This document shows positions 1-9,641 of a stretch of 64,000 nucleotides of DNA, in pieces. The position numbers and the translations under genes were made by a program. The notes beneath the pieces were generated by a model. The model searched no databases. It was not told where the DNA came from and saw nothing but the letters and a program-made list of their open reading frames with translations. The stretch spans positions 1,344,001 through 1,408,000 of the forward strand of contig CAWFKH010000003.1 in the NCBI GenBank assembly GCA_963816355.1, written 5' to 3'. How positions within the stretch are numbered: position 1 is the stretch's first letter; each line of letters starts with the position of its first letter. The DNA is from an uncultured Gemmatimonadales bacterium (GTDB lineage Bacteria > Gemmatimonadota > Gemmatimonadetes > Longimicrobiales > RSA9).

Positions 1-822
1 CAGACGCCCCGCTCCCTGCTGCCGTACCTGCTCGAGGAGGCGCACGAGGTCGCCGACGCGGTGGAGGAGAACGACGACGACGAGCTGCGCGCGGAGCTCG
101 GCGACCTCCTCCTTCACGTCGCGTTCCAGATCGTGCTGGCGGAGGAGCGCTCGGTGTTCGACGTGGGGGAGGTCGCGGACGGTGTGATCGCGAAGATGCG
201 GAGGCGGCATCCGCACATCTTCGGCACGGCGGGCGAGGGTGCGGGGGGGAGCGGAGAAACGGGCCGGGGCGAGGGCGAGACGGGCTCGGCTCAGGCATGG
301 GAGGCGCTGAAGGCCCGGGAACGGCCGGGCAGATCGCTCGTGGAGGGACTGGCGAGGGGGCTGGACCCGCTGGCACGGGCGCACCGGCTGCAGGAACGGG
401 TGAGCGCCGTGGGATTCGACTGGGAGGACCCGGAAGGCGCGCTCGCCAAGGTGCGCGAGGAGGTCGAGGAGGTGGCGCAGGCGCTCGCGCGCGTTCGGGC
501 GGCGGGCGACGCCGGAAGCGCCCCGGAGCGCGTCGCTGCGCCGGCGGAGGGCGCGGAGGCGGAGGGCGCGCTCGAAGAGGAGCTGGGAGACCTGCTCTTC
601 GCCGTCGTGAACCTGGCCCGCCTCGCGGGGACCCACGGGATGCACGCGCTCTCGCGGGCGAACCGCAAGTTCGGCGGCCGGTTCCGCGGGCTGGAGCGCC
701 TGGCGGGGGAACGGGGCGTGGCGCTCGGCGAGGCGCCGCTCGCGGAGCTCGACGCGCTGTGGGACGAGGTGAAGCGGGCGGAACAAGGCGGGCGCGCTCC
801 GGGCGAAGCCGGGGACGGGTAG
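1..822 (+). CDS. mazG: Nucleoside triphosphate pyrophosphohydrolase MazG (5' end outside window)
   Basis: Frame open from base 1 (QTPRSLLPYLLEEAHEVADAV); two MazG modules ELGDLLLHV and EEELGDLLFAVVNLAR; VGFDW motif; RRHPHIF. Confidence 0.93.
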   Translation, partial: QTPRSLLPYLLEEAHEVADAVEENDDDELRAELGDLLLHVAFQIVLAEERSVFDVGEVADGVIAKMRRRHPHIFGTAGEGAGGSGETGRGEGETGSAQAWEALKARERPGRSLVEGLARGLDPLARAHRLQERVSAVGFDWEDPEGALAKVREEVEEVAQALARVRAAGDAGSAPERVAAPAEGAEAEGALEEELGDLLFAVVNLARLAGTHGMHALSRANRKFGGRFRGLERLAGERGVALGEAPLAELDALWDEVKRAEQGGRAPGEAGDG

Positions 823-935
823 GTCGGCGATTCAGAACGTGCACAGGGTGGAGCAGCGGACGCCCGCGTGAAGGAACGCCGCGGGCGGCCGGGGCGGTCG
901 AGAACCGTTCGTTCGGAGAGCGGGACCGGCAGCGC

Positions 936-2231
936 CTAGGGGAAGAGCCGGTTGATGGTGCGCGGGAAAGGGATCGCTTCGCGGATGTGGTGGCGGCCGC
1001 AGATCCAGGCGACGGTCCTTTCGAGGCCGAGGCCGAAGCCGGAGTGGGGGAAGGATCCGTAGCGGCGGAGGTCGAGGTACCAGGAGTACGCCTCCTCGGG
1101 GAGTTCCTCGGCGCGGATGCGGGCGAGGAGCCGGTCGAGGTCGTCCTCGCGCTGGCTGCCACCGATGATCTCGCCGTACCCCTCCGGAGCGAGCAGGTCG
1201 TCGCACAGGACGGTGCGCGGGTCGTCCGGGTTCTCCTTCATGTAGAACGCCTTCGCCTGCTTCGGATAGTTGAAGACGAAGACGGGCCGGTCGTACTCCT
1301 CCGAGATCAACGCCTCGTCGGTGGCGCCGAGGTCCTCACCCCACTTGGTTTCGCTCCCCTTCTTCTGGATCAGCGCCACCGCGTCGCCGTAGTCGAGCCG
1401 TGGGAACGGCGGCTTCACCGGCTCGAGCTTCGACGTGTCGCGCTCGAGGATCGCCAGCTCGTCGCCGCACCGCTCGAGGGCGCGCTCGACGAGATACGAG
1501 ACGAACTCCTCCTGCAGGCGCATGTTCTCGTCGGAATCCGCCCACGCGACCTCCGGCTCGCACATCCAGAACTCGGTGAGATGGCGGCGCGTCTTCGACT
1601 TCTCGGCGCGGAAAGTGGGACCGAAGCAGTAGATGCGCCCGAACGCCGCCGCACCCGCCTCGCCATAGAGCTGTCCGGTCTGCGCGAGGAAGGCACGCTG
1701 GCCGAAGTAGTCGGTCTCGAAGAGGGTGCCGGCGTGCTCGCCGATCGCGCCCGTGAGGATCGGCGTATCGATGCGGACGAAGCCGCGCCGATAGAAGAAT
1801 TCGTGCAACGCCTGCTCCACCTCGCTGCGCATGCGCAGGATCGCCCACTGCTGGCTCGAGCGGAGCCACAGATGGCGCTGGTCGAGCAGGAACTCGATAC
1901 CATGCTCCTTCGGCTGGATCGGGTACTCGCCGCTGGGCGCGACGAGCTCGATGGCGCGGACGGACAGCTCGTAGCCGCCGGGTGCGCGCGCATCCTCGCG
2001 GACGGCGCCGGTGAGCCGCACCGAAGCCTCCTGCGTGAGCGAGGCGAGGCGCTCCCACGCCTCCTCGCCCACCTCGCTACGCACCGCGACGCACTGGACC
2101 GTGCCGGTCCCGTCGCGTACGACGACGAAGCCGACCTTGCCGTGAATGCGCGTCGTCTGGACCCAGCCGCGCAGGACGACCTCGTCGCCTGCGTGCCGGG
2201 CGAGGTCACGGATTTCGCTGACCGCTGCCAT
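936..2231 (-). CDS. asnS: Asparagine--tRNA ligase
   Basis: OB-fold N-terminus; LAQTGQLY, FGPTFRAEKSKTRRHLTEFWM, EIIGGSQRE, PHSGFGLGLER. Start taken at MAAVSEI (ATG 2231). Confidence 0.95.
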   Translation of the reverse strand: MAAVSEIRDLARHAGDEVVLRGWVQTTRIHGKVGFVVVRDGTGTVQCVAVRSEVGEEAWERLASLTQEASVRLTGAVREDARAPGGYELSVRAIELVAPSGEYPIQPKEHGIEFLLDQRHLWLRSSQQWAILRMRSEVEQALHEFFYRRGFVRIDTPILTGAIGEHAGTLFETDYFGQRAFLAQTGQLYGEAGAAAFGRIYCFGPTFRAEKSKTRRHLTEFWMCEPEVAWADSDENMRLQEEFVSYLVERALERCGDELAILERDTSKLEPVKPPFPRLDYGDAVALIQKKGSETKWGEDLGATDEALISEEYDRPVFVFNYPKQAKAFYMKENPDDPRTVLCDDLLAPEGYGEIIGGSQREDDLDRLLARIRAEELPEEAYSWYLDLRRYGSFPHSGFGLGLERTVAWICGRHHIREAIPFPRTINRLFP

Positions 2232-2358
2232 CGTCTTCCGCCGCATCTGGTGTGGGGGCGGGTCGCAGGAGACCCGCCGGGGTACGAACGGCGCCGGAGG
2301 ACCGCCAGCGTCGCCGCGAACGCGCGCGTCGCCTGCCACGGCGGCCGCGCGGAAGCGG

Positions 2359-2388
2359 AACGTAGGCGGGCGGCGCGAAGGGTGTCAA
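2359..2388 (-). promoter_or_regulatory. Candidate sigma70 promoter for asnS
   Basis: Minus strand TTGACA (2388-2383), 18-nt spacer, TACGTT (2364-2359). Confidence 0.6.
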
Positions 2389-2395
2389 TCGAACG

Positions 2396-2410
2396 TGGCA
2401 CATCCCGTGC
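2396..2410 (+). promoter_or_regulatory. Candidate sigma54 (-24/-12) promoter for the lipoprotein gene
   Basis: TGGCACATCCCGTGC fits TGGCAC-N5-(T)TGC with GG-N10-GC spacing, about 75 nt upstream of GTG 2487. Confidence 0.55.
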
Positions 2411-2486
2411 GCTCGGCGGTATCTCGCAGGTGGCCCGTAGCAACGAGCGTCCTCCGGACCTGCCACGCCGCCGAAAGGAGCCCGAG

Positions 2487-3185
2487 GTGAAGCGGCACGC
2501 CCAGTGCACTCGCGCCAGCCAGTCGCACGCCCGCAGCGGTCGGGCGCGCAATCGCCCTTTCCGTCCCGTGCTCGCCGTGCTCGCCGCGGCGCTCGTGGCG
2601 GGCTGCGCCGCCACCGCGATCGCGGTGGACCGGCCCGACCCGGATGCGGTCCTGAGCCAGGCGGTGCGGTCGGCCGCTGACGGGCACTTCATCGAAGCGC
2701 ACAGCGACCTCTCGTGGGTCTACACGCACTACGCGAGTCGCCCGGTCGGCCGCCGCGCGCTCCTCGCGCTCGCGGCGCTCGAGCTCGATCCCCGCAATCC
2801 GCAGCAGCGGCTCGACGTGGGAGCGCAGCTCCTGGAGCGCTTCTTCGACGCCGATTCGCTCTCCACCGTGCCGGCGTGGGAGCGGCCGGTCCTCGAGACA
2901 ATGTACCTGTTGTCGGTCGATCTGGGCGCGGAGGAATACCGCCTCGCGCGCGCCCACGTCGTCGCGGACTCGCTCCAGGCGGCGGGGCTGACGCCCGCGG
3001 CCAATGCCGCCCGTCCCACGCTGCCCCGCCCCTCCATGGCCGTCCGGCTCGACTCGGTCGTGCGCGCGAGCACCGTCCTGAAGCAGCGCGGCGACTCGCT
3101 GGAGACGCGCGTCAAGCAGCTCGAAAGCCAGCTCGGCGACGCCAGGAAGGAGCTCGAGCGGATCCGCAAGACGCTGCACGGCTGA
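2487..3185 (+). CDS. Hypothetical lipoprotein with C-terminal coiled coil
   Basis: AAGGAG at 2475-2480 before GTG; hydrophobic stretch ending in lipobox LVAGC; heptad C-terminus SLETRVKQLESQLGDARKELERIRKTL. Confidence 0.75.
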   Translation: MKRHAQCTRASQSHARSGRARNRPFRPVLAVLAAALVAGCAATAIAVDRPDPDAVLSQAVRSAADGHFIEAHSDLSWVYTHYASRPVGRRALLALAALELDPRNPQQRLDVGAQLLERFFDADSLSTVPAWERPVLETMYLLSVDLGAEEYRLARAHVVADSLQAAGLTPAANAARPTLPRPSMAVRLDSVVRASTVLKQRGDSLETRVKQLESQLGDARKELERIRKTLHG

Positions 3186-3198
3186 GGCGCCGGCGACC

Positions 3199-5277
3199 TC
3201 AGCCGACGCCGAACATCCGCTCCCGTTCCCCCCAGCGCCGCTCCAGGCGCCGCAGGACCTCCGGGTGCCGCTCGAGCTCCGGGTCGGCCGCGAGCAGCCG
3301 TTCCGCCGCCGCCCGCGCGGCCAGGAGCAGCGGCTCGTCCTCGAGCGCGTCGAAGAAGCGGAAGGCGGGCAGCCCGTGCTGGCGCGCGCCGAAGAAGTCG
3401 CCCATGCCGCGCAGCCGCAGGTCGGCGCGCGCGATGTCGAAGCCATCGTCGCTCCGCGCGAGGATGCGGAGCCGCTCGGTCGCCTCGGGTCCGCCGCCCG
3501 CGATGAGCACGCAGTAGCTGCGCGCGCCGCCGCGCCCGACCCGGCCGCGAAGCTGGTGGAGCTGAGAGAGCCCGAAGCGCTCCGGGTGCTCGACCACCAT
3601 CACGGTCGCGTTCGGCACGTCGATCCCCACCTCGATCACCGTCGTCGCCACGAGGATCGCGATGTCGCCCGCCGCGAACGCGCGCATCGCGGTGTCCTTC
3701 TCCTCGCTGGAGAGCTGGCCGTGCAGCAGGCCCACGCTCAGCTCCGGAAAGACTTCCGCGGAGAGCCGCTCGAACTCCTGCGTCGCGGCCAGGAGATCGA
3801 CCTTCTCGGATTCGGCGACGAGCGGATAGACGAAGTACGCCTGGCGGCCCTCGGCGATCTGCTCGCGCACGAATTCGTACACGCGCTCGCGCGCCGACTC
3901 CCTGCGCAGCGCGGTGCGGATCGGCGGCCGGCCGGCCGGGCGCTCGTCGAGGACGGTCAGGTCCAGGTCGCCGTAAAGGGTCAGCGCGAGCGAGCGCGGG
4001 ATCGGCGTGGCGGACATCACCAGCACGTCCGGCCTGTCGCCGGATTCCGTAAGCGCCATGCGCTGCCGCACGCCGAAGCGGTGCTGTTCGTCGACCACGA
4101 CCAGCCCGAGGTGCGCGAAATCGACGCGTTCCTGGATCAGCGCCTGCGTGCCGATCACGAGCTTCGCCGAGCCGGAGCGGATCGCCTCCAGAGCCCGGCG
4201 CCGTTCGGCCGCGCCGAGGCGGCCGGTGAGGAGCGCGACGCCGGCGTCGTCCTCCGCAAGCAGGCTACGCACGGTGCGCGCGTGCTGCTCGGCGAGCACC
4301 TCCGTGGGCGCCATCAGCGCGGACTGGTAGCCGGACTCGGCGGCGAGGAGCATCGCGAAGAGCGCCACGACGGTCTTGCCGGAGCCGACGTCGCCCTGCA
4401 GCAGCCGGTTCATGCGGCGCCCCGACGCCATCTCCTCGAAGATCTCGCGCACCGCCTCGGTCTGCGCGCCGGTCAGCTCGAACGGCAGGCGGCGGTAGAG
4501 CGGGCCGATCAGCGCGTCGGTGCGGCGGAACCGGATTCCCTCGCGCGCCTCCGTCGCGTGCAGGCGGACGCGCGCCTGCAGCAGCTGGAGGAAGAAGATC
4601 TCTTCGTAGGCGAGGCGGCGGCGGCCGAGTTCGGCCTCGGCGAGCGACGTCGGCCGGTGCACGAACGCGAGCGCCTCCGCGAAGGGGGGTACGCCGGCGC
4701 GCTCCAGGTCGGCGGCGGAGAAGATCTCCTCGTCGGCGGCCGCCGCCAGGAGCGCGTCGAGATTCTCGTCCAGGATGCGGCGCAGCAGGCGCTGGGACAG
4801 CCCTTCGGTCGCCGGATAGATCGGGAGCACCTTGCCCTCGGCGGCGCCCGGGTCGTCGGCACGCCCGAGCACGACGAACTCGCGCGGCTGGAGCTGGCGG
4901 CCGCGGAAGAAGCGCACCGGCCCCCTCACGAGCAGGAGGTCGCCCTTCGAGATCGTGCGGTCGAGGAACGGCTGCCCGGGCCAGGAGCACTCGAGGTACT
5001 CGCCCGATGCGTCCCTCAGCACCGCCTGGAAGATGCGCAGCCCCGCGCGCGTGGGCAGCACGCCCTTGCTCGTCACCTCGCCCACGACGGTGGCGTCTTC
5101 GCCGACGCGCACGCGCCCGATCGGCGTCACCGTGCTCGCGTCCTCGTAGCGCCGCGGCGCGTGCAGCAGCAGGTCGCGGCCGAAGCCGATCCCCAGCCGC
5201 GACAGCGTCTCGGCCCGCTTCGGACCCACGCCCTTCAGATACTGGACCGGGCTGTCGAGCGGCGAACTCCGCATCAT
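3199..5277 (-). CDS. recG: ATP-dependent DNA helicase RecG
   Basis: LKGVGPKRA, RLLQGDVGSGKT, DEQHRFG, MSATPIPRSL, QLHQLRGRVGRG, GARQHG. Confidence 0.97.
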   Translation of the reverse strand: MMRSSPLDSPVQYLKGVGPKRAETLSRLGIGFGRDLLLHAPRRYEDASTVTPIGRVRVGEDATVVGEVTSKGVLPTRAGLRIFQAVLRDASGEYLECSWPGQPFLDRTISKGDLLLVRGPVRFFRGRQLQPREFVVLGRADDPGAAEGKVLPIYPATEGLSQRLLRRILDENLDALLAAAADEEIFSAADLERAGVPPFAEALAFVHRPTSLAEAELGRRRLAYEEIFFLQLLQARVRLHATEAREGIRFRRTDALIGPLYRRLPFELTGAQTEAVREIFEEMASGRRMNRLLQGDVGSGKTVVALFAMLLAAESGYQSALMAPTEVLAEQHARTVRSLLAEDDAGVALLTGRLGAAERRRALEAIRSGSAKLVIGTQALIQERVDFAHLGLVVVDEQHRFGVRQRMALTESGDRPDVLVMSATPIPRSLALTLYGDLDLTVLDERPAGRPPIRTALRRESARERVYEFVREQIAEGRQAYFVYPLVAESEKVDLLAATQEFERLSAEVFPELSVGLLHGQLSSEEKDTAMRAFAAGDIAILVATTVIEVGIDVPNATVMVVEHPERFGLSQLHQLRGRVGRGGARSYCVLIAGGGPEATERLRILARSDDGFDIARADLRLRGMGDFFGARQHGLPAFRFFDALEDEPLLLAARAAAERLLAADPELERHPEVLRRLERRWGERERMFGVG

Positions 5278-5284
5278 CGGTGGC

Positions 5285-6211
5285 TCACTCCGTCAACACC
5301 TCCCGCGCGAACGCGGCGGCATCGAACGGCTCCAGCGCGTCGAGGCTTTCGCCGGTGCCCACGAGCTTCAGCGGCACGTCGAACTCCTCCTTGAGCGCGA
5401 CGACGACGCCGCCACGTGCGCTGCTGTCCAGCTTCGAGAGCACGAGGCCGGTCAGCTTCAGCGACGCGCGGAAGGTGCGCAGCTGCGCGAACGCGTTCTG
5501 GCCGACCGTCGCGTCGAGCACGAGAAGCGTCTCGTGGGGCGCGCCCTCGAGCTTGCGGCCGACGACGCGGTCGATCTTCGTCAGCTCGCCCATCAGGTCC
5601 TCCTGCGTGTGGAGGCGGCCCGCGGTGTCGAGGACGACGACGTCGCAGCCGCGCGACTGCGCCGCCTCGATGGCGTCGAAGGCGACCGACGCCGGGTCGG
5701 CGCCGGGCGTCGCGCCGACGAAGTCGGAGCCGGTCCGTTCCGCCCACACGCGCAACTGGTCGATGGCGCCGGCGCGGAACGTGTCCGCGGCGCCCAGGAG
5801 GACGCGGTGGCCGTCGCTGCGGAGGCGGTGCGCGAGCTTGCCGATCGTCGTCGTCTTCCCCACGCCGTTCACCCCGACGACCATGAAGACGGTGGGCGGC
5901 GACGCCGCGAAGCGGAGGGCGGGTTCGGCGTCGCCGGAGCGCAGGATCGCCTCGATCTCCTCGGCGACGGCGTCGAGGAACTCGCGCTCGGTGTGGATGC
6001 GGCCGCGCTGCGACAGGCGGCGCACGTGGTCGACGAGGCGCAGCGTCGCCGCGACGCCGAAGTCGCTGGCCAGCAACTGCTCCTCGACCGCCTCCAGGGA
6101 ACCCTCGTCCAGCCCGCCGCGGAGCACCACGTTCACGTCCGTCAGCGCGACGTCCTTGATGCGCTGCCAGAGCGAGGGGCCTTCTCCCTTCTTTCTGAAC
6201 AGTCTCGCCAT
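5285..6211 (-). CDS. ftsY: Signal recognition particle receptor FtsY (NG domain only)
   Basis: GVNGVGKTTTIGKLA, DTFRAGA, DTAGRLH, SKLDSSARGG, GTGE. Confidence 0.96.
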   Translation of the reverse strand: MARLFRKKGEGPSLWQRIKDVALTDVNVVLRGGLDEGSLEAVEEQLLASDFGVAATLRLVDHVRRLSQRGRIHTEREFLDAVAEEIEAILRSGDAEPALRFAASPPTVFMVVGVNGVGKTTTIGKLAHRLRSDGHRVLLGAADTFRAGAIDQLRVWAERTGSDFVGATPGADPASVAFDAIEAAQSRGCDVVVLDTAGRLHTQEDLMGELTKIDRVVGRKLEGAPHETLLVLDATVGQNAFAQLRTFRASLKLTGLVLSKLDSSARGGVVVALKEEFDVPLKLVGTGESLDALEPFDAAAFAREVLTE

Positions 6212-6238
6212 TCGATGTCGTTTCGTTGCAGGGTCGAG

Positions 6239-8248
6239 CTAGCGCAGGCCCCACCGGCGTCGCAGCACCCATTCCGCGCAGAGCAGCGCGACGACGACGA
6301 GGTACGGCCACGGCGTGGCGTGCAGCGGACGCCGGCCCGCCGTGCGGCCGGCCGCGAACGCGCCTTCCGCCGCACCTTCGGAGGCGCCGCCGGCGCCGGC
6401 CCGCCGCGCCTCGTCCCACGACACGGCGGGACGGGCGTAGTCGGGCGAGTAACGGTCGATCGTCAACGGCCCCTCCGCGCTGGCCACCACGCTGTCGGCG
6501 CGCAACGCCTGTGCGCGGTACGCGTAGCGGCCGGGCGCGGGCGCCCGCGTCAGGGCGCTGTCACCCGCGGCCGCGTCCGCGGTCGTGTCGAGCACGGCGG
6601 CGCCGGCGCTGTCCCGGAGCGTCACGCGGATGGAGTCCGGGCGGGCGCCCGGCGCGATCCACGGCACGCGCTCGCCGCGCGGAAGCACCCAGCGAGCAGG
6701 CCGCACGGCCAGTGGCGCGAAGCCGCGCTCGTCGTGCATGAGCCACCCGCCGAGCGCCGACCACAGCGTGCGGTACGCCTCGCGCGCGGCGCCGCCGCGG
6801 AACGCCCATCGCCAGTACCCCGCACCGGTGGCGACGACCCATCGGCGACCGGCGGAGTCGCCGGCGATGAGCGCGGGCGCCGCGATGCCGGCGCGCGAGC
6901 GGCGCGCGAGGAGCGGCGCCCACGTGGCGCCGCTCCCCGGCGTCGGAAGGGCGCGCAGCGCGACCAGCGGCGGCACCGAGTCGAACGGCGCTCCGGCGAG
7001 GAAGGCGGCGATCGGCGAGGACGGGACGTCCTGCGCGATGTACCAGTCGCCGGGCGTCGCGGGCGGCAGTTCCACCGGAAGCGTGCCGCGCCCCACGTCG
7101 TCCGAGGGGAAGACGATGAGGCGGCGGGCCCGCTGTGCGAGCGTCCGCGCCCACTCCGGCGAGTCGGAGCCGAGGCCGTGCAGCACGACGAGGTCGGCCT
7201 GCGCGGCCGAGCGCTGGACGTCCGCGTCGGTCGCCGGGCGCGCCGCGCTGAGGGCGGTGCCGGTGCGGAGATAGCGGCCGTCGGCGATGCGCAGGAAGCC
7301 TCGCGTCGGCAGCCCGAGCGCGTCTTCCAGAATCGGCACGAGGAAGCGCGGCTCCTCACCCGGCCGCAGCGAGACGACCGCGACGCCGGTGGGCGACTCC
7401 GCCACGTAGAGGTAGAAGATCCGGCGGTCGTCGGCGGGGATCGCGTCCTGGGGCGTAATCGCAAGCGTGTACTCGACGAGGCCGCCGCCCTCGGGCGCCT
7501 CCGGCGCGAAGCGGAGCGTCGCGGTGGCGACGCGCCCGGCGCCGGCGGTGCGCAGCGGCGCGGTCGCCACCACACGCCCGCCGCGCAGCACGCTCACACG
7601 CACGGTGTCGCCGGCGACGGTGGACGCGATGCCGACGCGGACGGCGGTCGTGTCGCCCGCGGCGGCCCACGCGGGGACGTCGAGCTCAGCCAGCGCGCGC
7701 TCCGCCCCCGCCGGGCCGGGAACGCGCTGCATCTCCACGCGCAGCCCCGCTTCGCGGGCCACCGCCGCAGCTTCGGCCACATCCTGCACGCCGCCGTCGC
7801 TCACGACGAGGACGCGCTCCGCTCCCGCTTCCGCCGCGGCGCGCAGCGCCGGCGCCAACCGCGAATCGGCGTCGCCGGGCGTGGTCGCGGGGAGCGAGTC
7901 GGCCTGCACCGCCCGCACGGTCGTGCCGAAGAGGAGGATGCGACCCCGCTCCGCACGCCTCGCGCGCCGCACCGCCTCGTCCCAGCGCGTGCCCCGCACG
8001 GAGTCCGCGGCGCCCATGCTGACCGACGCGTCGAGCAGGACCACGCGGCCGGCGCCGCCCCCGGCGCCGCGCGTGGGTATGGCCGGGTCGAAGAGCAGCA
8101 GCAGCAGGACGACGAAAGACGCCGCGCGCAGCATCGCCAGCAGCGCGCGGCCGCGACCCGGCGGCTCACGGCGGCGGTAAATGAAAAAGGCCGCGGTGAG
8201 GGCCGCCGCGGCCAGGATCCCGAAGAAAATCCAGTGGCTCGAACTCAC
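6239..8248 (-). CDS. Membrane-anchored VWA-domain protein
   Basis: Two N-terminal TM helices, MIDAS-like LLDASVSM and VLVVSDG, C-terminal TM ending AEWVLRRRWGL. Confidence 0.7.
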   Translation of the reverse strand: MSSSHWIFFGILAAAALTAAFFIYRRREPPGRGRALLAMLRAASFVVLLLLLFDPAIPTRGAGGGAGRVVLLDASVSMGAADSVRGTRWDEAVRRARRAERGRILLFGTTVRAVQADSLPATTPGDADSRLAPALRAAAEAGAERVLVVSDGGVQDVAEAAAVAREAGLRVEMQRVPGPAGAERALAELDVPAWAAAGDTTAVRVGIASTVAGDTVRVSVLRGGRVVATAPLRTAGAGRVATATLRFAPEAPEGGGLVEYTLAITPQDAIPADDRRIFYLYVAESPTGVAVVSLRPGEEPRFLVPILEDALGLPTRGFLRIADGRYLRTGTALSAARPATDADVQRSAAQADLVVLHGLGSDSPEWARTLAQRARRLIVFPSDDVGRGTLPVELPPATPGDWYIAQDVPSSPIAAFLAGAPFDSVPPLVALRALPTPGSGATWAPLLARRSRAGIAAPALIAGDSAGRRWVVATGAGYWRWAFRGGAAREAYRTLWSALGGWLMHDERGFAPLAVRPARWVLPRGERVPWIAPGARPDSIRVTLRDSAGAAVLDTTADAAAGDSALTRAPAPGRYAYRAQALRADSVVASAEGPLTIDRYSPDYARPAVSWDEARRAGAGGASEGAAEGAFAAGRTAGRRPLHATPWPYLVVVALLCAEWVLRRRWGLR

Positions 8249-8258
8249 GCCACGTCGT

Positions 8259-9611
8259 CTACTCCTGCCTGCCCGCCGAGCCGACCTCCTCCGAAGGAGC
8301 CGGTGTGCCGGCGTCGTCCGGCGGGGAGGGTGCCGTCGCCAGACGGTCGGTCGGGTACGAGACCGCGTCGAGCAACGCGAGTCTCGGGCCGAGAATCGCG
8401 CGGAACCGTTCCAGCTCGCTCTTCGGGAGCGGGGGCGCGCCCGGCAGCTGAACGGTGCGAGGATTGAGCGCCTTGCCGAAGCGCCGGATCTCGTAGTGCA
8501 GGTGCGGCGCCGTCGCGAGGCCGGTCTGGCCCACGTAGCCGACCACCTGGTTCTGGTCTACGTGGACGCCGGGATGAATCCCGCGGGCGAAGGCTCGCAG
8601 GTGCGCGTAGCGCGTCGTGTAGCCGTCCCAGTGGCGCAGGATCACCAGATTGCCGTAGCCGCCGCGTCGCCCAGCGAAAACCACCGTCCCCGCGCCCGTC
8701 GCGTGCGCAGGCGTGCCGGCGTTCGCGCCGAAATCCGTGCCGGTGTGCGCACGGTAGATCCCGAGCATCGGATGGTAGCGGTGCGGGTTGAAGGCGGACG
8801 TGATGCGGACGTAGGAGACCGGATAGCGGTTGAAGGCGAGCCGCAGCGACTTGCCCGCGTCGTCGTAGTACGCGCCGTAGCGCTCGTCGCGAGGGTGGAA
8901 GTAGAACGCGCGGAACGCCTTGCCCTGATTGTCGATCTCCGAGGCGAGGATGCGGCGCGAGCGCGCCGTTCCGTCGGGCCTCGCCTCACGCTCGTAGACG
9001 ACGCGGAAGCGGTCCCCGGGCTGGATCTCGTGGGCGAAGTCGAGCTTGTAGCCGTAGATCGAAGCGAGGGAGACCACGAGCTGGATGCGCTCGGACGCCG
9101 GGAGCTCCAGATCCTCGTTCTCGACGATCTCCTGATAGAGCGTGCGTCCCCGCTCGATGCGGCCCGCGACCTCGATCGTGTCCACGCTCACCGGCGTCAC
9201 CACGACGCGCGCGTCCCAACCGGTCGGCCCGGGCTCGAGGCGGACGGTGCTGTCCGCGTTGAGCCGCACGTCGACCGCGCGCGTGGAGCCGTCGCGGGCC
9301 CAGCGCCGCACCGAGATCTCGGCGCCCGCCGAGAGCCGGCGCGGATTGGCGTACTCACGGAGCGAGAGCAGGAGGTCCGCCATCTGGCCCCGAAGGTCCT
9401 GCGCCGCGAGCACCCCGGAGAGCGTCTCCCCGCTCCGCAGCACGTGCGTGACGACGTGCTCGGGCGGGGCGACATCCACGGCGTGGAGCAGCGGCGCCGA
9501 CGCCGGCGCGACGGCGCGGGCGTGCGGCCGGTAGACCGCATAGGAGCCGAGCAGGAAAAGCCCGCTCCCGAGCGCGACTCCGGTCAGCGCCCGCTGAAGG
9601 TTCGGCTTCAA
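8259..9611 (-). CDS. M23 family peptidoglycan DD-endopeptidase (MepM-like)
   Basis: N-terminal anchor; HTGTDF (HxxxD), GYGN, YAHL, PHLHYE (HxH). Confidence 0.92.
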   Translation of the reverse strand: MKPNLQRALTGVALGSGLFLLGSYAVYRPHARAVAPASAPLLHAVDVAPPEHVVTHVLRSGETLSGVLAAQDLRGQMADLLLSLREYANPRRLSAGAEISVRRWARDGSTRAVDVRLNADSTVRLEPGPTGWDARVVVTPVSVDTIEVAGRIERGRTLYQEIVENEDLELPASERIQLVVSLASIYGYKLDFAHEIQPGDRFRVVYEREARPDGTARSRRILASEIDNQGKAFRAFYFHPRDERYGAYYDDAGKSLRLAFNRYPVSYVRITSAFNPHRYHPMLGIYRAHTGTDFGANAGTPAHATGAGTVVFAGRRGGYGNLVILRHWDGYTTRYAHLRAFARGIHPGVHVDQNQVVGYVGQTGLATAPHLHYEIRRFGKALNPRTVQLPGAPPLPKSELERFRAILGPRLALLDAVSYPTDRLATAPSPPDDAGTPAPSEEVGSAGRQE

Positions 9612-9641
9612 ACCTCGCGTCCTCTCTCTGGGCAGTCTGGA

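Noticed and set aside
297..3185. Long 962-aa plus-strand ORF and many similar long Arg/Ala/Pro-rich ORFs across the window
   Set aside because: Shadow frames of real genes in high-GC DNA; only 2487-3185 of this ORF looks like a real protein.
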